Program-made: the position numbers and the translations under genes
The notes under the pieces: generated by a model
Seen by the model: the letters and a program-made list of their open reading frames with translations, nothing else
What the model was told of the DNA's origin: nothing
The model's database searches: none
Part shown: piece after piece, positions 23,181 to 25,325 of the stretch
Layout: every line of letters begins with the position of its first letter
Position numbering within the stretch: the first letter of the stretch is position 1
From: Acanthaster planci
Lineage: Eukaryota
Direction of reading: 5' to 3'
Assembly: GCF_001949145.1 (NCBI RefSeq)
Contig: NW_019091358.1
Location: 3,528,535-3,553,859, forward strand
DNA length: 25,325 nt

Positions 23181-23232
23181 CTGAGCAATACCCATGACCC
23201 AATGCTTTTTGACCCTTCCAGCCAATTGGGCT
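23181..23232 (-). CDS. Putative penultimate 52-bp coding exon of the same unidentified gene
   Basis: Minus-strand acceptor catgtttcAG and donor AG|GTattg. Encodes (xAG)PNWLEGSKSIGSWVLL(R) and splices in frame to 22541. Confidence 0.6.
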
Positions 23233-24251
23233 CTGAAACATGACTAAGCAACAGCATTGTCTCACATTCTATGGTGCTCAACCAAGCATGAACATGAGCT
23301 TCAGTGTACAAAAAGTAAAGCCAATGAGGTACACACCTGGCTGTAATTTTCATACACAAATGTCTGATCCTTTAATTTTTTTTGAGTAGTGCATATTGGT
23401 ATAATGAACAGGGCAGGGTCCATACACAATGCTTGGTGCAGCGTACCTCCCAACTACATGTATTGCTATTCCATTGGCACTGTTCCAATCGTCGCATTTT
23501 CATAGATCTAAAAATCGAAATGTGCCGATTTTCGTTTAAAAAAATGGGGGGAAAAGTCCTGACAAAAGGGGGCGCTATTTGCCAAAACAGAGAGAGTGCC
23601 ATTTGCAGAAAAAAGAGGATACTATTTCCTTTGTTGAAATGTCAGTTGTTACACATACATATGTGGGTGTTCTTGTTCATGTAAAACAGATTCTCTTGTG
23701 CGGCTGCTTGTTTTGCTATGGGCTCATTATGTGGTCGTTCCAATTTTAGAGTTTATTGACATCTTAACTTTTGAGTCACTCTCATCAGTCCTAAATTTTT
23801 TTCTTTAAAGCAAATTTGTGATGCTAAGTAAAAGTGTGCAGAAAATTTGGGAGCCAAGAGGCATGTTCTGTGTACCGAATTGTTCAGTATAGTAATATTT
23901 TACTGTACTTACATCCAAATTATTTCGCTTCTTTTCATTGTAACGCATTGACTCATATTAATGTACATTTAAAACATTCATGTTTACATTTAAGTTATCA
24001 AGATGCTATACATGTACTCCAAAATTTGAAAATAATTACCATTTGGAAAGATCCTAGACAATTTGACACTACTTCTTCTGAGGACAAATTGCTTGTAACT
24101 GTTGCATGCTTTTAGAAATTCAATGGTGTTCCCATTCAGGCAGCCAAAATACCAGCACTGTTCAGTCAACCCAGTGGCTGTTCTGAACCTCACTTTTAAC
24201 AAGTTCCCCTCAAACAGATATTAATGACAAATGGGAAGAGCACCTGAAACA

Positions 24252-24309
24252 GGGCTGGAGAGCTCAGTTGGTAGGTTCAAATCCTGCTCCAGTCAATTTC
24301 TTTGTTCAT
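24252..24309 (+). mobile_element. Internally deleted tRNA-derived SINE-like remnant
   Basis: A-box-like agctcagttgg (24261-24271) lies only 2 nt from the B-box ggttcaaatcc (24274-24284), so it cannot fold as a tRNA. Confidence 0.5.
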
Positions 24310-25245
24310 CTTTATAAGTTTTTCTTTGGAAAAAATTTCAGTGCATTTTGCAAGTTGTACATCCAGTGTTGCCAGATCATTAGAAAAAAGTCTTTCACTT
24401 TATTATTAAAAACCTGCAAGTCGCAAATCTTTGGCTCAGTGCTGCAAGGTTATTACAGCAAAAATGTAATTTTTGAAAATGCCCTAACTTGGACATTACT
24501 CTGTGCACGAAAGAAATGTTTGATTTAAACAGTTTTTTTTTAATCATAAAAACTAATTGTTTCCCAAATTAATGTCTAAAACAATATTTTTCACTGAACA
24601 CCTTTCGTGCATTCTAAAGACCTTTTCCCACTGACATGAAATTTGTTTCATTTGAAAATATTACCTTGCAAAAATGCTTTGTGTGTATGTAAAACAATCA
24701 CCATTTATTGCTGTAACCAGTTAATTTCTATTTGCAAGTGAAATAAATACTCATTTATTTAAACTAGCGGAACAACTTGTTTGTATGTTTATATCTTTTT
24801 GTAAAACTGTAGTACTTTGCCACTTTACCCTTCTCCTAATCTGGACCATTTTACACTGCCAGAGTTTAAGGTACATCTGTTTCCATCTTTAGATTTTACA
24901 TTACAGCCTCATCCTACATGGAAGCCCTGCCAGTCTTTAAACATCTTCCAAGCTCCTTATATAAAGTTCCCTCTTGGAGCCTTTTAGTCTCAATCTTATG
25001 AGGGCTACAATAAACCCAACAGCAATATGGAACATCTCCTTCAACCCCAAGGGATCCTCAGAGCTCTAATACTGATAGTCCCAAGCCCTCAACCATCCAC
25101 TCTACCCTTCCTATCAGCTCCTAGACTTCCAGCCCCTAGGAGTTCCACCCTTGCCCATCTCCAGTACACAGTTTGGCTGAAAAATATTCTAAGTCCAAAC
25201 AATGGAAGGTTTAACATTTAGAAACGAGCACATTTTTTCAAGAAA

Positions 25246-25314
25246 GTGCCGTGGCATAGCGGTTAAGGACACTAACTGCTATGCACAAGGACCTGGGTTC
25301 AATTCCAGGAGGGC
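25246..25314 (+). mobile_element. tRNA-derived SINE head or tRNA pseudogene
   Basis: Pol III A box tggcatagcgg (25252-25262) and B box ggttcaattcc (25296-25306) at tRNA spacing. The T-arm cctgg-gttcaatt-ccagg pairs, but the anticodon and acceptor stems pair poorly. May continue past the window edge. Confidence 0.65.
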
Positions 25315-25325
25315 ATGCACAATTT

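Noticed and set aside
23400..24900. Further upstream exons of the - strand gene (donor-like sites near 23446 and 24828)
   Set aside because: In the required phase 1, both have an in-frame TAG three codons upstream.
25246..25314. Functional tRNA gene
   Set aside because: Boxes and T-arm are present, but the anticodon and acceptor stems do not pair properly. tRNAscan-SE would settle it.

Overview
Eukaryotic (metazoan) genomic DNA, not prokaryotic. The repeat style suggests an invertebrate deuterostome such as a sea star, but that is inference. The main feature is the 3' part of a + strand ZNF608/ZNF609 (Drosophila brakeless/scribbler) orthologue. Five coding exons can be joined in frame across canonical GT-AG junctions: 6617-6746, 7238-7325, 7781-11778, 12693-12771 and 13580-13586, together 1433 aa ending ...PYAVRRE*. 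The 5' exons lie upstream of the window, so 1-6616 is intron. A ~2 kb AU-rich putative 3'UTR follows, then an intergenic zone with several MITE-like inverted-repeat elements and small duplications. Two phase-compatible terminal exons of an unidentified convergent - strand gene lie at 23181-23232 and 22448-22541. There is also a ~38-bp minisatellite, two tRNA-derived SINE-like pieces and a 172-nt assembly gap. I found no convincing novel multi-gene system. The best leads are the unidentified - strand gene, a possible RR*/RRE* C-terminal splice switch, and Atro-box-like and HX-repeat motifs in the ZNF608 protein.
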